A DNA stretch of 64,000 nt from Patescibacteria group bacterium. Its GTDB lineage: Bacteria > Patescibacteriota > Patescibacteriia > UM-FILTER-42-10. The position numbers and the translations under genes were made by a program. Position 1 is the stretch's first letter, and every line of letters starts with the position of its first letter. The stretch lies in the NCBI GenBank assembly GCA_041666845.1, contig JBAYGC010000007.1, positions 6,080 through 70,079 of the forward strand, given 5' to 3'. Shown one piece after another: positions 34,501 to 44,845 of the stretch. The notes beneath the pieces were generated by a model that saw nothing but the letters and a program-made list of their open reading frames with translations, was not told where the DNA came from and made no database searches.

Positions 34501-35685
34501 GTGAACAAAAAAGAGTTACAACAAGAACTATTATCCCGCGGTGTTGAAGAAATAATTGATCGGAAGAATTTAGAGAAAAAATTAAATTCCGGAAAAAAAT
34601 TACGGATTAAACTTGGTATCGATCCGACCAGCCCTAATTTGCATATTGGGAGAACAATCCCCCTACTGAAGTTGCGTGACTTTCAGGGGTTGGGGCACAA
34701 AATAGTTTTTATCATCGGTGATTTTACCGGCGTGATCGGCGATACTTCGGATAAAGAAAGTGAACGGCCGATGTTGGATGAAAAGGAAGTAGCGCAAAAT
34801 ATGAGAAGCTATGTTAAACAGGCTGAGAAAATATTAGATATCGAAAAATGTGAGATTCGTTACAATAGTGAGTGGTTGAAAAAGCTGGACTATCATAATA
34901 TCGGCAAGCAGGCGGACATTTTTTCTCTGAATGAATTCATCTCCCGGGAGAATATCGCAAAACGGCTGGATGCCGGCAAGCGGGTATCTTTGCGCGAACT
35001 GCTTTACCCTCTGATGCAGGGTTATGACTCGGTTGCGGTAAGGGCAGATGTAGAAATTGGCGGGACAGACCAAAGATTCAATTTATTAGCAGGTCGTGAA
35101 CTACAAAGGAACTATGGGCAAGTCGCTCAGGACATAATTACCAATCCGCTGATTGAAGGTCTGGACGGACGCAAAATGAGTTCCAGTTGGGGTAATACAA
35201 TTGATCTACTAGATCCGGCGGAAGAGATTTATGGAAAAGTTATGTCACTACGTGATGAGTTGATTATCCGCTATTTCGTTTTGACGACCCGCGTACCACT
35301 TAAAGATATTGAAATATACGAAAAAGATTTGAAAGCAGGTAAAAATCCGCGCGACTATAAAATGAAGCTGGCATATGAACTGGTGAGATTTTATCATTCG
35401 GAAAAAGCAGCGAGGCAAGCAGGGGGAGAATTTACCAAAGTATTTTCCAATAAAGAAAAACCTTCCAACATTCCAAAGACAAATATTAAGTACGGCGATT
35501 ATTTAATCCCCGATTTACTGGTTGAATTAAAATTAGCTAAGAGTAAAAGCGAAGCTCGTCGTTTAGTCGAACAGGGTGGTGTCAGAATTGATGCTAAAGT
35601 AAAAACTGATTGGAAGGAAAAAGTGAAGGTGCGGCAAGACACGCTGGTGCAGGTAGGTAAGAAGAAGTTTGTTGAAATTGGATAA
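34501..35685 (+). CDS. tyrS: Tyrosine-tRNA ligase (class I, with C-terminal S4 domain)
   Basis: 394 aa; HIGH (LHIGR), KMSKS variant KMSSS, C-terminal S4-like RRLVEQGGVRID; GTG start. Confidence 0.85.
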   Translation: MNKKELQQELLSRGVEEIIDRKNLEKKLNSGKKLRIKLGIDPTSPNLHIGRTIPLLKLRDFQGLGHKIVFIIGDFTGVIGDTSDKESERPMLDEKEVAQNMRSYVKQAEKILDIEKCEIRYNSEWLKKLDYHNIGKQADIFSLNEFISRENIAKRLDAGKRVSLRELLYPLMQGYDSVAVRADVEIGGTDQRFNLLAGRELQRNYGQVAQDIITNPLIEGLDGRKMSSSWGNTIDLLDPAEEIYGKVMSLRDELIIRYFVLTTRVPLKDIEIYEKDLKAGKNPRDYKMKLAYELVRFYHSEKAARQAGGEFTKVFSNKEKPSNIPKTNIKYGDYLIPDLLVELKLAKSKSEARRLVEQGGVRIDAKVKTDWKEKVKVRQDTLVQVGKKKFVEIG

Positions 35686-36376
35686 ATACAATTTGATGCC
35701 CAAAATAAAACTTATAATTTTTGACTGGGATGATGTTTTTACACTTGGTTCAAAAGAAGGTTATTTTAAATGTTATCACCAAGCGCTAATTGGTGTTGGA
35801 GTATATCTAGAACCAAAAGAAGAGAAAAAAAGAATCCTAGCTAAATGGGGTCAATCTCATCAAGAAGAGCTTAGAGAGTTATTAAAAGAAAGGCCTGAAT
35901 TATTAAATCAGGCTTGTAGTATTTATAAAGAAAAACTGTTTGGCAATACATTTATTGATTGTCTATCGTTGGTCCCCGGCGCTATTGGGCTTTTAAATAG
36001 ATTAAGTAAAAATTATCTACTTACAGTCGCTACTGGGCTCAATCCAGTCATAATGAAGGAAAGAGTTTTTCCAAAATTTAAGATTCCGGATGTATTTTCT
36101 CAAATTATTTCAACCCATGATATTAATGATCCTAAAAAACACAAACCAAGTCCTTACATTGCCAATGAAATCTTAAAACACCATAACGTTTTACCCAGTG
36201 AAGCATTATTGGTTGGCGATGCTGAAAATGATGTACTTATGGCTTATAGCGCGAATATAATACCTGTAGCTGTTCTTACCGGCCATCTAAGCAAAAAAGA
36301 AGCGAAATTATTAAATGTAAAGTATATAATTGATAATATTGTGCAGATTGATAAAGTATTAGAAGAATTAGGTTAA
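35669..36376 (+). CDS. HAD-superfamily hydrolase (phosphatase)
   Basis: 235 aa; motif I IIFDWDDVF (DxD), motif III K, motif IV GDAEND. Confidence 0.7.
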   Translation: MLKLDKYNLMPKIKLIIFDWDDVFTLGSKEGYFKCYHQALIGVGVYLEPKEEKKRILAKWGQSHQEELRELLKERPELLNQACSIYKEKLFGNTFIDCLSLVPGAIGLLNRLSKNYLLTVATGLNPVIMKERVFPKFKIPDVFSQIISTHDINDPKKHKPSPYIANEILKHHNVLPSEALLVGDAENDVLMAYSANIIPVAVLTGHLSKKEAKLLNVKYIIDNIVQIDKVLEELG

Positions 36377-36393
36377 AATATAATAATAATTTT

Positions 36394-36921
36394 GTGATTG
36401 TTTCATTAAATATAGAATTCGAAAAAGCCGTACGTTTACTGGCGGAGCAAATGCCTGTGTCGGATGAAAACAGCAGGAAACCAATTTTATTCCATAATAT
36501 TCGTGTTGGTGTTTATTTGTATGAAAATGGTTATTCGCGGGATATTGTTCTGGCGGGTGTTTTGCATGATGCAATTGAATGGGCTGATATTGGCGAGGAT
36601 TTATTGAAAGATGAATTTGGTGATAATGTGGTAAGACTTGTTTTGGCAAGTACAAAGGACGATTCAATTGCTGATCAGAAAGAAAAGACCAATGAGTTAA
36701 TAATACGCTGTGTACAAAACGGACAGGAGGCTCTGATTATTAAGGCCGTTGATATTATTGACAGCTTTAAGTGGTATTCCGGTCAAAATAACAAAGATCA
36801 ACTGCAATATTGTATGAGAAACGCTGATGCTATATTAAAATTTAAGCCAGAAGATTTTAAGGATAAGATATTTAACGAACTGGAGACCTGGCAAGAAAGG
36901 TTTGCAGATTTAGCTAAATAA
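36394..36921 (+). CDS. HD-domain protein
   Basis: 175 aa; FHNIRVGV...AGVLHDAIE (H...HD). Confidence 0.55.
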   Translation: MIVSLNIEFEKAVRLLAEQMPVSDENSRKPILFHNIRVGVYLYENGYSRDIVLAGVLHDAIEWADIGEDLLKDEFGDNVVRLVLASTKDDSIADQKEKTNELIIRCVQNGQEALIIKAVDIIDSFKWYSGQNNKDQLQYCMRNADAILKFKPEDFKDKIFNELETWQERFADLAK

Positions 36922-36943
36922 AATCATATTTTTGCATGAAAGA

Positions 36944-36966
36944 AACCCCTGATTATGGGGTTTTAT
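36944..36966 (+). terminator. Bidirectional intrinsic terminator (AACCCC tgattat GGGGTT TTTAT)
   Basis: stem 36944-36949/36957-36962 plus T-run; A/T-rich on the other side too. Confidence 0.55.
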
Positions 36967-36992
36967 GATCCGATTAATTTCTAAGAAAGTAA

Positions 36993-37790
36993 TTATTTTT
37001 TTGGATAAATTACGATCATCACCCTGCGTCCGTTGGCTGGGTCGCCGTTGTTCCAGTCATGAGTAGCATTGATCAAAACATCCGGATCGTAGACATAATC
37101 GTGCCCTTTGCGGGTGCCGGGGTCATTGGTAATAATCTGGGTTTCTGTCCAACCTTTGACCACCAGTGCATGATAGAGCGGCCCTGGCTGTTTAAAGTTC
37201 GGATTGCCAAGCTCGCGTCCCGCGGAGAGCAGGATCACCGGTCTTCCTTGGGTAACTTGTTGTTTAATGTCATTTATTGTGATGTCATAAATTACATCCA
37301 CTTTATTGTAATGATAAAAATCTTTGATCAGCTGTGCGGTTTCTTCCGCAGAAGTGCTCTTATAATCCCCATATTGTAAGTTTTCAAAATCAACCAGCGC
37401 AAGCAGTTCATTGTCCGCGGTTTGAGCGTCTTCAAATGGCTTGTTTTCATAAAAACGATGCACCATTAAAAGTGCTGCCTCCTCACAAGTGTCTTCATGA
37501 ATTTCGTCCCAATTCGAAAGTGGCGCCTGTGAAGTGAAGGGAACATCCAGATTTAATGTGGTAGGAATGCTAGTCGAGATATTTGTATTAGTTGGATTTG
37601 CATTGATGTTTGCGGTATTGGTGTTTTGATTTGAATTTGCATTTGCCGAGATATCATTGTATGAAACTGCGTCAGGCACCGGTTCTTGGAACTGTTTTTT
37701 GACCCAATCAGAAACCGGCACGCGGTACCAGTAAAGTACGGCGAGTAATACAGTGGTGATAGTTATGCTGATGAATATTTTTTTCTTCAT
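36993..37790 (-). CDS. Membrane-anchored secreted protein with C-terminal C39-like (papain-fold) peptidase domain
   Basis: 265 aa; N-terminal TM; low-complexity Asn/Thr linker; DTCEEAALLMV catalytic-Cys-like motif, downstream His/Asn-Asp. Confidence 0.45.
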   Translation of the reverse strand: MKKKIFISITITTVLLAVLYWYRVPVSDWVKKQFQEPVPDAVSYNDISANANSNQNTNTANINANPTNTNISTSIPTTLNLDVPFTSQAPLSNWDEIHEDTCEEAALLMVHRFYENKPFEDAQTADNELLALVDFENLQYGDYKSTSAEETAQLIKDFYHYNKVDVIYDITINDIKQQVTQGRPVILLSAGRELGNPNFKQPGPLYHALVVKGWTETQIITNDPGTRKGHDYVYDPDVLINATHDWNNGDPANGRRVMIVIYPKK

Positions 37791-37822
37791 GGTCTCTTGA
37801 TTGAATCAGGAAGATTATCCCA

Positions 37823-39391
37823 TTACGACCGCTTTGTCAAGCCACTAAGGCGCTTAAGCCAATTACGGATGATATCAGTATTCTCATCGTGCAGGGCATT
37901 ACTTACCAGAAAATAAATGAATGCGCCGATTAAAACTCCGCTACCAATTTGTATAATCCCCATCAATGTTCCGGCAGTAAAAGCGGAACGAAACCACCAC
38001 AAATAAACAGAGAGAATAGCTGACATAATCAGCGTGGCGATGATGCTAGTACGGGTGGTTTTTATGAAAGACTTAATATTGAATCCCTGTACCCGTTTAT
38101 GGAGCATCAATAGAAGTAATGCTAATTGTAACGCATTCGCAACAGCGAATCCGAGTGGAAGTCCTGCCACGCCAATCCATCGTGTGAAAGCAAGGGCGCT
38201 AAAAATATTAGTAGCAGTCATTGCCAGCGAAATAAGTAAGGGGATCTTAGTATCCAATTGTGCATAGAAAGCGCGCAGTAGTAAATGAACGACACTTTCC
38301 AAGGGTGTCACCAGACAAAATACGCCAAGTGTGAAAGCGGTGGCGCGCATGTTGGTATTTGTGAATTGTCCTCCGCTGAAGAGGACGTCCGCGATTTCAT
38401 AGCGGAGCAGAAACATGCCTACTCCGGCCGGCAGAGTAAAGAAAAGAATTCGGGAAAATGTACGGCGGATATGTTCTACGAATTTTGGCCAGTCGTTTGT
38501 ACTTGCTGCATCGGTGAGCGTCGGTGAAACGGCGGTAGCCAAGGCGATCCCAAACAGACTAACGGGCAGACTTTGCAAATTTCTGGATAAATTAAAAATG
38601 GCAATACTTCCGACCGCTAGCGTCGATGCAATAGCATTCCATGCCCAGAGATTGGCCTGGACCGCCATTAGGTTTATCATACGCGGCACCATCAGCGTAC
38701 CGATCTTGCGGAGTGCCGGATGTTTTAAGTCAAGAATGGGGGAATAACGGTAAGGTGTGCGGATTAATTCCACAAACCGGAATAGCAGATGCAAAAAAGC
38801 ACCGGTAATGGTGCCGATAACGGCGGCATGAATACCGAATTTTTCACTGAAAATCAACAGACCAATAACAATGCCGATATTATAAAATACGGGCGAGAAG
38901 GCATAGCTAGCAAATCGTTTCATCGAAACCAGGATCGAACCAAATGCGTTGGAAAGTGCGAAAAGCAGAGGTGAGAGCAGCATTAGGCGCGATAGTTCGA
39001 CGGTAAGTGTTCTTTGTTCACCGGCAAATCCCGGAGCCACTAGTCTGATCAGTATCGGCATCAGAAAAAATACAATTACCGAAAGTACAGTGAGAACAAT
39101 CGCTGTAAGATTGAGCACGGTGTTTGCAACACGAAATGCCTCGGCGGTTTTTTTACGCGCAGTAATATCGGTCAGCACCGGCATCAGAACGGAAAGAGAA
39201 ACACCGGCAAACAATAGATTAGCGATGACATCCGGGATAATGAATGCGGTATTGTATGCATCAAGTGCTGCACCGGCGCCGAAAGTCGAAGCCAGTAGGC
39301 GGTCCCGAAACAAACCAAGCAGATAACTCAGAAAAGATGCCGCACCCAAGATCAGCGCGCTACGGGTAATGGATTGTGATTTTAATTGCAT
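37823..39391 (-). CDS. murJ: Lipid II flippase MurJ (MviN)
   Basis: 522 aa, 14-TM MOP family; N-terminal SALILGAASFLSYLLGLFRDRLLASTFGAG. Confidence 0.85.
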   Translation of the reverse strand: MQLKSQSITRSALILGAASFLSYLLGLFRDRLLASTFGAGAALDAYNTAFIIPDVIANLLFAGVSLSVLMPVLTDITARKKTAEAFRVANTVLNLTAIVLTVLSVIVFFLMPILIRLVAPGFAGEQRTLTVELSRLMLLSPLLFALSNAFGSILVSMKRFASYAFSPVFYNIGIVIGLLIFSEKFGIHAAVIGTITGAFLHLLFRFVELIRTPYRYSPILDLKHPALRKIGTLMVPRMINLMAVQANLWAWNAIASTLAVGSIAIFNLSRNLQSLPVSLFGIALATAVSPTLTDAASTNDWPKFVEHIRRTFSRILFFTLPAGVGMFLLRYEIADVLFSGGQFTNTNMRATAFTLGVFCLVTPLESVVHLLLRAFYAQLDTKIPLLISLAMTATNIFSALAFTRWIGVAGLPLGFAVANALQLALLLLMLHKRVQGFNIKSFIKTTRTSIIATLIMSAILSVYLWWFRSAFTAGTLMGIIQIGSGVLIGAFIYFLVSNALHDENTDIIRNWLKRLSGLTKRS

Positions 39392-39400
39392 AAGTGTTGG

Positions 39401-41341
39401 TTAACGGACAACGACCCCGGCATTACCGAAGATGCCCCAGTCCTGTTCGAAGCGGGCTTTGGACCAATAGATTTGTCCGGCATAGGTGTCGTTTAAAATA
39501 ATCTGGGTTGGGTTATCTTTGCTGCCGACATAACCGATGACGGTGCGGGCGTGTTCCCCCTTCCAGGCATAAATATATTTTCCGGCAGGAGTGTGCCAAG
39601 AATCTTCATAACCGGAGCCGTAAACTCCCCACACAACTACCGCATTACCCTTGCTGATTTCTTCCGTAATTTGTGTCACATCCCAGCCGGTGAAGGCCTC
39701 AGAGGGGCGCCAATGGTTGGCCGCTCGGGCGATTGGGTCCCAATAGACTCCGTAGCCGGTTGAGTTCTGCCTGCCACGAATATCGCCGACAAAAGCCTCA
39801 TAAGGATCACCCCATATCGCACCGGAGTGTGACGTAGGGTCGTAACCGACATAAGTCATAATATCACTCTCTGAAACAGAAACACTCTTGCCTGCCAGAG
39901 CCATTTTTAAAGCGGCAGCCTCGCATGATAAGGGTAAATCCTGCAGGTCGCTTGCAATGGCAAGCTTCACTACTTCTGGTTCTGTTGTGAAAGAATATGA
40001 CAAATCTTTTGTCAGATCGAGTCCGTGAACACTTACAATGCCACTTTGGATATTTAAATGATAGTTTGTATTATATTGAAGGGAATTTACCGGTTGAATG
40101 TTTACTGTATTTCCTTCCCAGCGGAAAGTTAATAGAACGCTTGGTTCAAGTGTAATATGTGCCTCGGCGGATACATGGTCCACTTCCTGATCAAATGCAA
40201 TTTGAAGACCGCTGTTTACTCCTACACCGGTAGCGCCGTCGTGCGGTGAAATACGAGAGACTTTAATTTCACCGATGGTTGTAAATTTATATGAAACGGG
40301 TTCTTCAAGATAGCCACCACCTTGAGTTTTTGTATTGGCATTAATTAGTACGTTGTATTCAGTCCCATAAGCCAATTTTTTAGCGGGAGTGACAGTGGCA
40401 ACCATACCATTTTCGGAAAGTGTGATAGTAGGTTTGATATCGGGTTTGACTGATAAATTTGCACGTAAGGATTCCACATCCATTGCCTTAGTGAATGTAA
40501 TCGAAATTGGCGCGTCAATAAAAACCGCTTTCCCGGTTGGTGTCGATTCAGCAATCAGAGGTGGCGCGATTGTTTTAAAAGCGCCTTCATATACTTTCTT
40601 CGGGTCACTTCTGTGGACAACTTCGCGGGTCGTAGTATCACGTGAGACGCCGACACGGTATATAGTTAAATTGTATTTTGCTGACTGCTGTAGCGGTTCA
40701 GTCGGGGTGAGTGTGTAGAGATCATTTGTCTCATTAATTGTTTCTTCAACGGTAATTTCCGGATCAAAGACGAATTCAAACTCAGCAATAGCAGGGTTTG
40801 GTTCATTCAGTTTAATGGTGATGGGGGTGGCCGGCGAAATATCTTGTGAATGTATTTTGGGTACTACCGCCAAAACATCCGGTAGGGGGCTGGTTGTAAA
40901 TAAAAAAGCGGACGAGCTCGTTTTCCCGATTGGTAGCGGGCTTTGTATTTGATTAATATTAACCTGATACTTTGTCTCTGCTAGGAGTGTATGGTTTGGC
41001 ACAAATCGGATGCGCCGGAATAGCTGCTGGTTGAATAACGGTGCCTCGAAATGCCATTCACCTTCTATGTCAGGTGAAATAGATACCGAAAGTGCTCGCC
41101 GATCTACGGGACGACTGAAGTTAATTACAATTGGCGTCTCCAGTTCTACGTTTTCGGTGGTCTGCGGACTAATCTGTGTAATTGTTGGAGTAAATATAAA
41201 GTTTCTTGCCAGGATAATAAAAAGTACCAGCCCGCCGGCTAGTACCCCTAAAATAATGATTGCCCGTGTACGCAAAAAACTTAGATATTTTTTATTAACT
41301 ATGACTTTTTTCGCTTTATCCTCGGTAAAATTTTGCAGCAT
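39401..41341 (-). CDS. Large secreted multi-Ig-like-domain protein with C-terminal C39-like peptidase domain
   Basis: 646 aa; N-terminal TM; repeated beta-rich segments; C-terminal SCEAAALKMAL...H...ND motifs homologous to 36993-37790 product; overlaps GalT-like gene by 26 nt. Confidence 0.45.
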   Translation of the reverse strand: MLQNFTEDKAKKVIVNKKYLSFLRTRAIIILGVLAGGLVLFIILARNFIFTPTITQISPQTTENVELETPIVINFSRPVDRRALSVSISPDIEGEWHFEAPLFNQQLFRRIRFVPNHTLLAETKYQVNINQIQSPLPIGKTSSSAFLFTTSPLPDVLAVVPKIHSQDISPATPITIKLNEPNPAIAEFEFVFDPEITVEETINETNDLYTLTPTEPLQQSAKYNLTIYRVGVSRDTTTREVVHRSDPKKVYEGAFKTIAPPLIAESTPTGKAVFIDAPISITFTKAMDVESLRANLSVKPDIKPTITLSENGMVATVTPAKKLAYGTEYNVLINANTKTQGGGYLEEPVSYKFTTIGEIKVSRISPHDGATGVGVNSGLQIAFDQEVDHVSAEAHITLEPSVLLTFRWEGNTVNIQPVNSLQYNTNYHLNIQSGIVSVHGLDLTKDLSYSFTTEPEVVKLAIASDLQDLPLSCEAAALKMALAGKSVSVSESDIMTYVGYDPTSHSGAIWGDPYEAFVGDIRGRQNSTGYGVYWDPIARAANHWRPSEAFTGWDVTQITEEISKGNAVVVWGVYGSGYEDSWHTPAGKYIYAWKGEHARTVIGYVGSKDNPTQIILNDTYAGQIYWSKARFEQDWGIFGNAGVVVR

Positions 41342-42251
41342 CTTCTGGCGAAACCGAATTAATGATTACCCCAGAGCCAATTTCCACACCGGCCCAAATC
41401 GATCCCCGCGGAGTTATTTTCAGATAGAGATGCTGGTCTTCATCGTTGATCACCTGGTGGAAATAGTAGTTGTAGGGGAGTCCTAGTTCTGCGACTTTGA
41501 GCAAGACTTTTTTTAAAATTTTGGCAAAAGATATTCTTTCCGCGCTAGTCAATACCGTGATATTATCCAAGTGGCGTTTGGGCATGATCCAGATTTCATA
41601 ATTGTGGATGGAGGCGTACGGAGTAAAGGCAATTACGTTTTTGTCTTCAAAGACAAAGCGCGGTCCTTTGCGTTCTTCCTTGATTACATCGCAATATACG
41701 CAGGTTCCCTTTTCCAGTTTATATTCCTGGGTTTTTTGTGATTTATCCATTAGGTGTGGGGGGAGAAACTCGGTGGCGAATACCTGTGAGTGGGAGTGGG
41801 CGACTGACTGACCGGCTTTTCCGCCGTCATTTTTGAAGATTAGGATATATTTAATTTTATCCAGCTTTGAAATCTCATAAGTCCGTTCCGCATAAACGTC
41901 GAAAAGCTTTTTAATGTGGCTCTCTGGTAAATATTCCAATTCAGTCGCGTGGTCCGGCGTTTCAATCACTAATTCCTGAACGCCATAGGCATTAGGATTA
42001 TCCAAAGTAACGGCCGGAAATTTATTTTTGAGCGTCAAAAGTGACCAATTCTTCCCCTGTCCGTCATATTTTCTGATAATCAAATCTTTTTCAATATTCT
42101 CCGGGCAGAAAACACACTTCTTCTCCCTGGTTATTTTGCTGACAATCTGTTCAAAATCATGTGGTCTACTCCCTCGTCGGGGTGCGATGATTACATACTT
42201 GTCTTGAATATAATCTTTTCTTATTTCGGATTTTTGAACGGTTTCGGTCAT
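41316..42251 (-). CDS. GalT-type HIT-family nucleotidyltransferase (galactose-1-phosphate uridylyltransferase/ADP-glucose phosphorylase-like)
   Basis: 311 aa; zinc CVFCPEN (CxxC) and active-site HSHSQ (HxHxQ). Confidence 0.65.
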   Translation of the reverse strand: MTETVQKSEIRKDYIQDKYVIIAPRRGSRPHDFEQIVSKITREKKCVFCPENIEKDLIIRKYDGQGKNWSLLTLKNKFPAVTLDNPNAYGVQELVIETPDHATELEYLPESHIKKLFDVYAERTYEISKLDKIKYILIFKNDGGKAGQSVAHSHSQVFATEFLPPHLMDKSQKTQEYKLEKGTCVYCDVIKEERKGPRFVFEDKNVIAFTPYASIHNYEIWIMPKRHLDNITVLTSAERISFAKILKKVLLKVAELGLPYNYYFHQVINDEDQHLYLKITPRGSIWAGVEIGSGVIINSVSPEDAAKFYRG

Positions 42252-42262
42252 GGTAATTATTT

Positions 42263-43732
42263 TTAATTTAATGATTTTTCGTAAAGCTCAATATATTTTA
42301 GCGCCGACTGAGTCCAGGAGAAATCCTGATTCATACAATTAATCACCAATTTTCGCCAGAGGCTTTTGTCTTTGTATATTTGCAGAGATTTTCTAGTAAC
42401 AGCCAGTAATTCATCGCTTTGGTAATTCTGAAACACAAATCCAGTTCCGGTTCCCAGCTGGGCGTTGTAATTTTGGACGGAATCTTTTAATCCGCCAGTG
42501 GCTCTGACAATCGGTACGGTCCCATAACGCATAGCGATCATCTGACCGAGCCCGCATGGTTCAAACCGGGAGGGCATAAAGAACAGATCGGAAGCAGCAT
42601 ATATTTCTTGCGCCAGGTCAGCGTCAAATCCGATAGTAACCGCCACCTTTTCCGGATGTTTTTCCGTCTCCGCTTTCAATTTTTGTTCCAAAATCGCTTC
42701 GCCGGTTCCTAAAAAGACCATTTGTACTTCCAGTGTAGCAAGTTCATCAATGATTTCAAGAATCAAATCTAATCCTTTTTGGTCTGTCAGTCTGGAGACC
42801 ATGCCGATTACCGGGATTTCCTTGTTTTCGGGTAGGCCGACGGCTTTCTGTAGGATCAGTTTGTTTTCAGTCTTTCTCTCTATTTCTTTAATGGAATAAT
42901 TAATTTTAATTTGCGGATCTGTGGCCGGGTTGAAATGATCCTGGTCGATGCCGTTTAGGATGCCGTACAAATTTTCCTTCCTTTTTGCCAAAGTACCTTC
43001 CAATCCTTCTCCAAATTCTTCAGTCAGGATTTCTTTCGCGTAGGTCGGACTAACGGTGTTAATGATGTTACTGTTCAAAATTGCCTGTTGCAGGAAGTTA
43101 ATATCATTGTTCTTGCCGAACCGCTCACTTAAAGTCGGCCAGTCTTTTTCGGTGACGCCCAATTTATCAAACACTTTCTCCGGGGAACATTTTCCCTGGA
43201 AAGCGAGATTGTGGATAGTCAGTACGGTAGGGAAGTCTGGGCGGTCTTTTTCTTTACTGTGCAGTATCTTAATCATTGGGATCATGATGCTGGCATGCCA
43301 GTCATGACAATGGATAACATCCGGTGTCCATTTCAGCGATCCGAACAGTTCCAAGACAGAACGTGCAAAAAAAGTGAAACGCCTGGTTTCCTTGCCGAAA
43401 TCCCCGCCGATGTCGCCGTAATATATTCCATTTTCACCCAATATTTCAGGATGGTCGACAAAATAAACCGGGACAGAGCTGTTTGGTAAATTAGTTTTCC
43501 AAATGCTGACACTTTCCTCTTTGTTTTTGAAGGGGATTTTGACACTTTCTACAATTTTTTTGAGCCCGTATTTTTTTTCATCAATTACTCCGTATTTTGG
43601 CATGATTACACGGACGTCGATTCCCAGTTGCTTCAATGCTTTGGGTAATGCACCCACGACATCGGCTAATCCGCCTACTTTAGCAAAAGGAGTAATTTCA
43701 GATGCGACAAACAGAACTTTTATTTTCTTCAT
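42263..43732 (-). CDS. glgA: Glycogen/starch synthase (GT5, GlgA)
   Basis: 489 aa; N-terminal KVGGLADVVGALPKAL; C-terminal GT-B with E...GL.Q. Confidence 0.85.
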   Translation of the reverse strand: MKKIKVLFVASEITPFAKVGGLADVVGALPKALKQLGIDVRVIMPKYGVIDEKKYGLKKIVESVKIPFKNKEESVSIWKTNLPNSSVPVYFVDHPEILGENGIYYGDIGGDFGKETRRFTFFARSVLELFGSLKWTPDVIHCHDWHASIMIPMIKILHSKEKDRPDFPTVLTIHNLAFQGKCSPEKVFDKLGVTEKDWPTLSERFGKNNDINFLQQAILNSNIINTVSPTYAKEILTEEFGEGLEGTLAKRKENLYGILNGIDQDHFNPATDPQIKINYSIKEIERKTENKLILQKAVGLPENKEIPVIGMVSRLTDQKGLDLILEIIDELATLEVQMVFLGTGEAILEQKLKAETEKHPEKVAVTIGFDADLAQEIYAASDLFFMPSRFEPCGLGQMIAMRYGTVPIVRATGGLKDSVQNYNAQLGTGTGFVFQNYQSDELLAVTRKSLQIYKDKSLWRKLVINCMNQDFSWTQSALKYIELYEKSLN

Positions 43733-43747
43733 ATTAAATTTTAATTA

Positions 43748-44845
43748 TTATTTGCTGCCTAATTTTTCTTTTAGGAATTCCAGATTACTGGTAGTCTTTC
43801 CGCGGACAGTGGTTAAAAAATTTAATAAATTTTCCGGAGAGGAATTAATCACGCGGTCGGGAGTAACGCCCAACGATTCCAATTTCTTTAATACTTTGAT
43901 CAATCGGACAATTATCCTAACTCCCGGTCCACTGGTCATCCGTTCGATTCGGTATTGATTTAAGATATCAATATCTGCATCACTAGCATCTCCCGCCGCC
44001 CATTTCTTTTTCTCGCCACTGACTTCTGTGCCGCTTGATTTGTACTGGTTGAAATCGTGAGCGTCCAAGTCTAGACTGAACCGCACTCCGCTATTTGCTG
44101 CCATCTCGAGTAGTTTACGGGAAGGTTGGCAATTTAAATTTATTTCAAACGCTTTATTTTGAGCAACCATTTCAGCTAAAATTTCCTGCCAAACACCCCA
44201 GTATTCTTCCCAGTACTCAGGGGATTTTTCCTTGTCTTTTCTGGTGTAGCGGTCAGGATGACCAATCACGTCCACATAACCGTTTCTAACTGTAGCCAGT
44301 AATGACTCTCTAATTGCAGAGGGTTCTTTTTCATTGGCAATAGCATGACGTGAAGCAACAACTAAATCCAGTTTAGCTAAAATTTCATCCGGGACATCCA
44401 CAATTGCCTTACCATCATCATCAAACATGATATTGGCTTCAACACTGGAAAAAGCGATGATATCAAAATTTCCTTCTCGATTGATCCCCTCAATTTCTTC
44501 GGCGCCGGATACTAGTGATTGTGAAATAGAATCTTCAACTGAAAGCTGTTTGGGATGGTGTGTGTCGGAGGCATGTTCGGCAAAAGCTACAAACCGGAGC
44601 CCGATTCTCTGATAATATTCCATAATTTCTTGCGGGCGGTACAATCCTTCGTATTGACCTGTTTCTTCCCGCGTGCTTCTGGTCGAATGGGAATGGGCAT
44701 CGCCCTGCCACCACTTATCTATGTATTGGGTTAATTCTCTCTGCTCACCCGCTTCATCTTCTCTTTGTGGTAGCCCCGCTTGCTCGCGTTTTTTATGTGC
44801 TTCCTCCTGCGGATCGATATATGGTACCGATGGTAGTTCTCTCAT
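43748..44845 (-). CDS. PHP-domain phosphoesterase
   Basis: 365 aa; GDAHSHS, HPDRY, LDLDAHD His/Asp motifs of PHP fold; acidic N-terminal region. Confidence 0.55.
   Translation of the reverse strand: MRELPSVPYIDPQEEAHKKREQAGLPQREDEAGEQRELTQYIDKWWQGDAHSHSTRSTREETGQYEGLYRPQEIMEYYQRIGLRFVAFAEHASDTHHPKQLSVEDSISQSLVSGAEEIEGINREGNFDIIAFSSVEANIMFDDDGKAIVDVPDEILAKLDLVVASRHAIANEKEPSAIRESLLATVRNGYVDVIGHPDRYTRKDKEKSPEYWEEYWGVWQEILAEMVAQNKAFEINLNCQPSRKLLEMAANSGVRFSLDLDAHDFNQYKSSGTEVSGEKKKWAAGDASDADIDILNQYRIERMTSGPGVRIIVRLIKVLKKLESLGVTPDRVINSSPENLLNFLTTVRGKTTSNLEFLKEKLGSK

Noticed and set aside
37059-39326. Plus-strand ORFs inside murJ and the C39-like gene (e.g. 38415-38747, 38949-39326)
   Set aside because: Antisense to a high-confidence MurJ. 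Arg/Ser-rich shadow translations.
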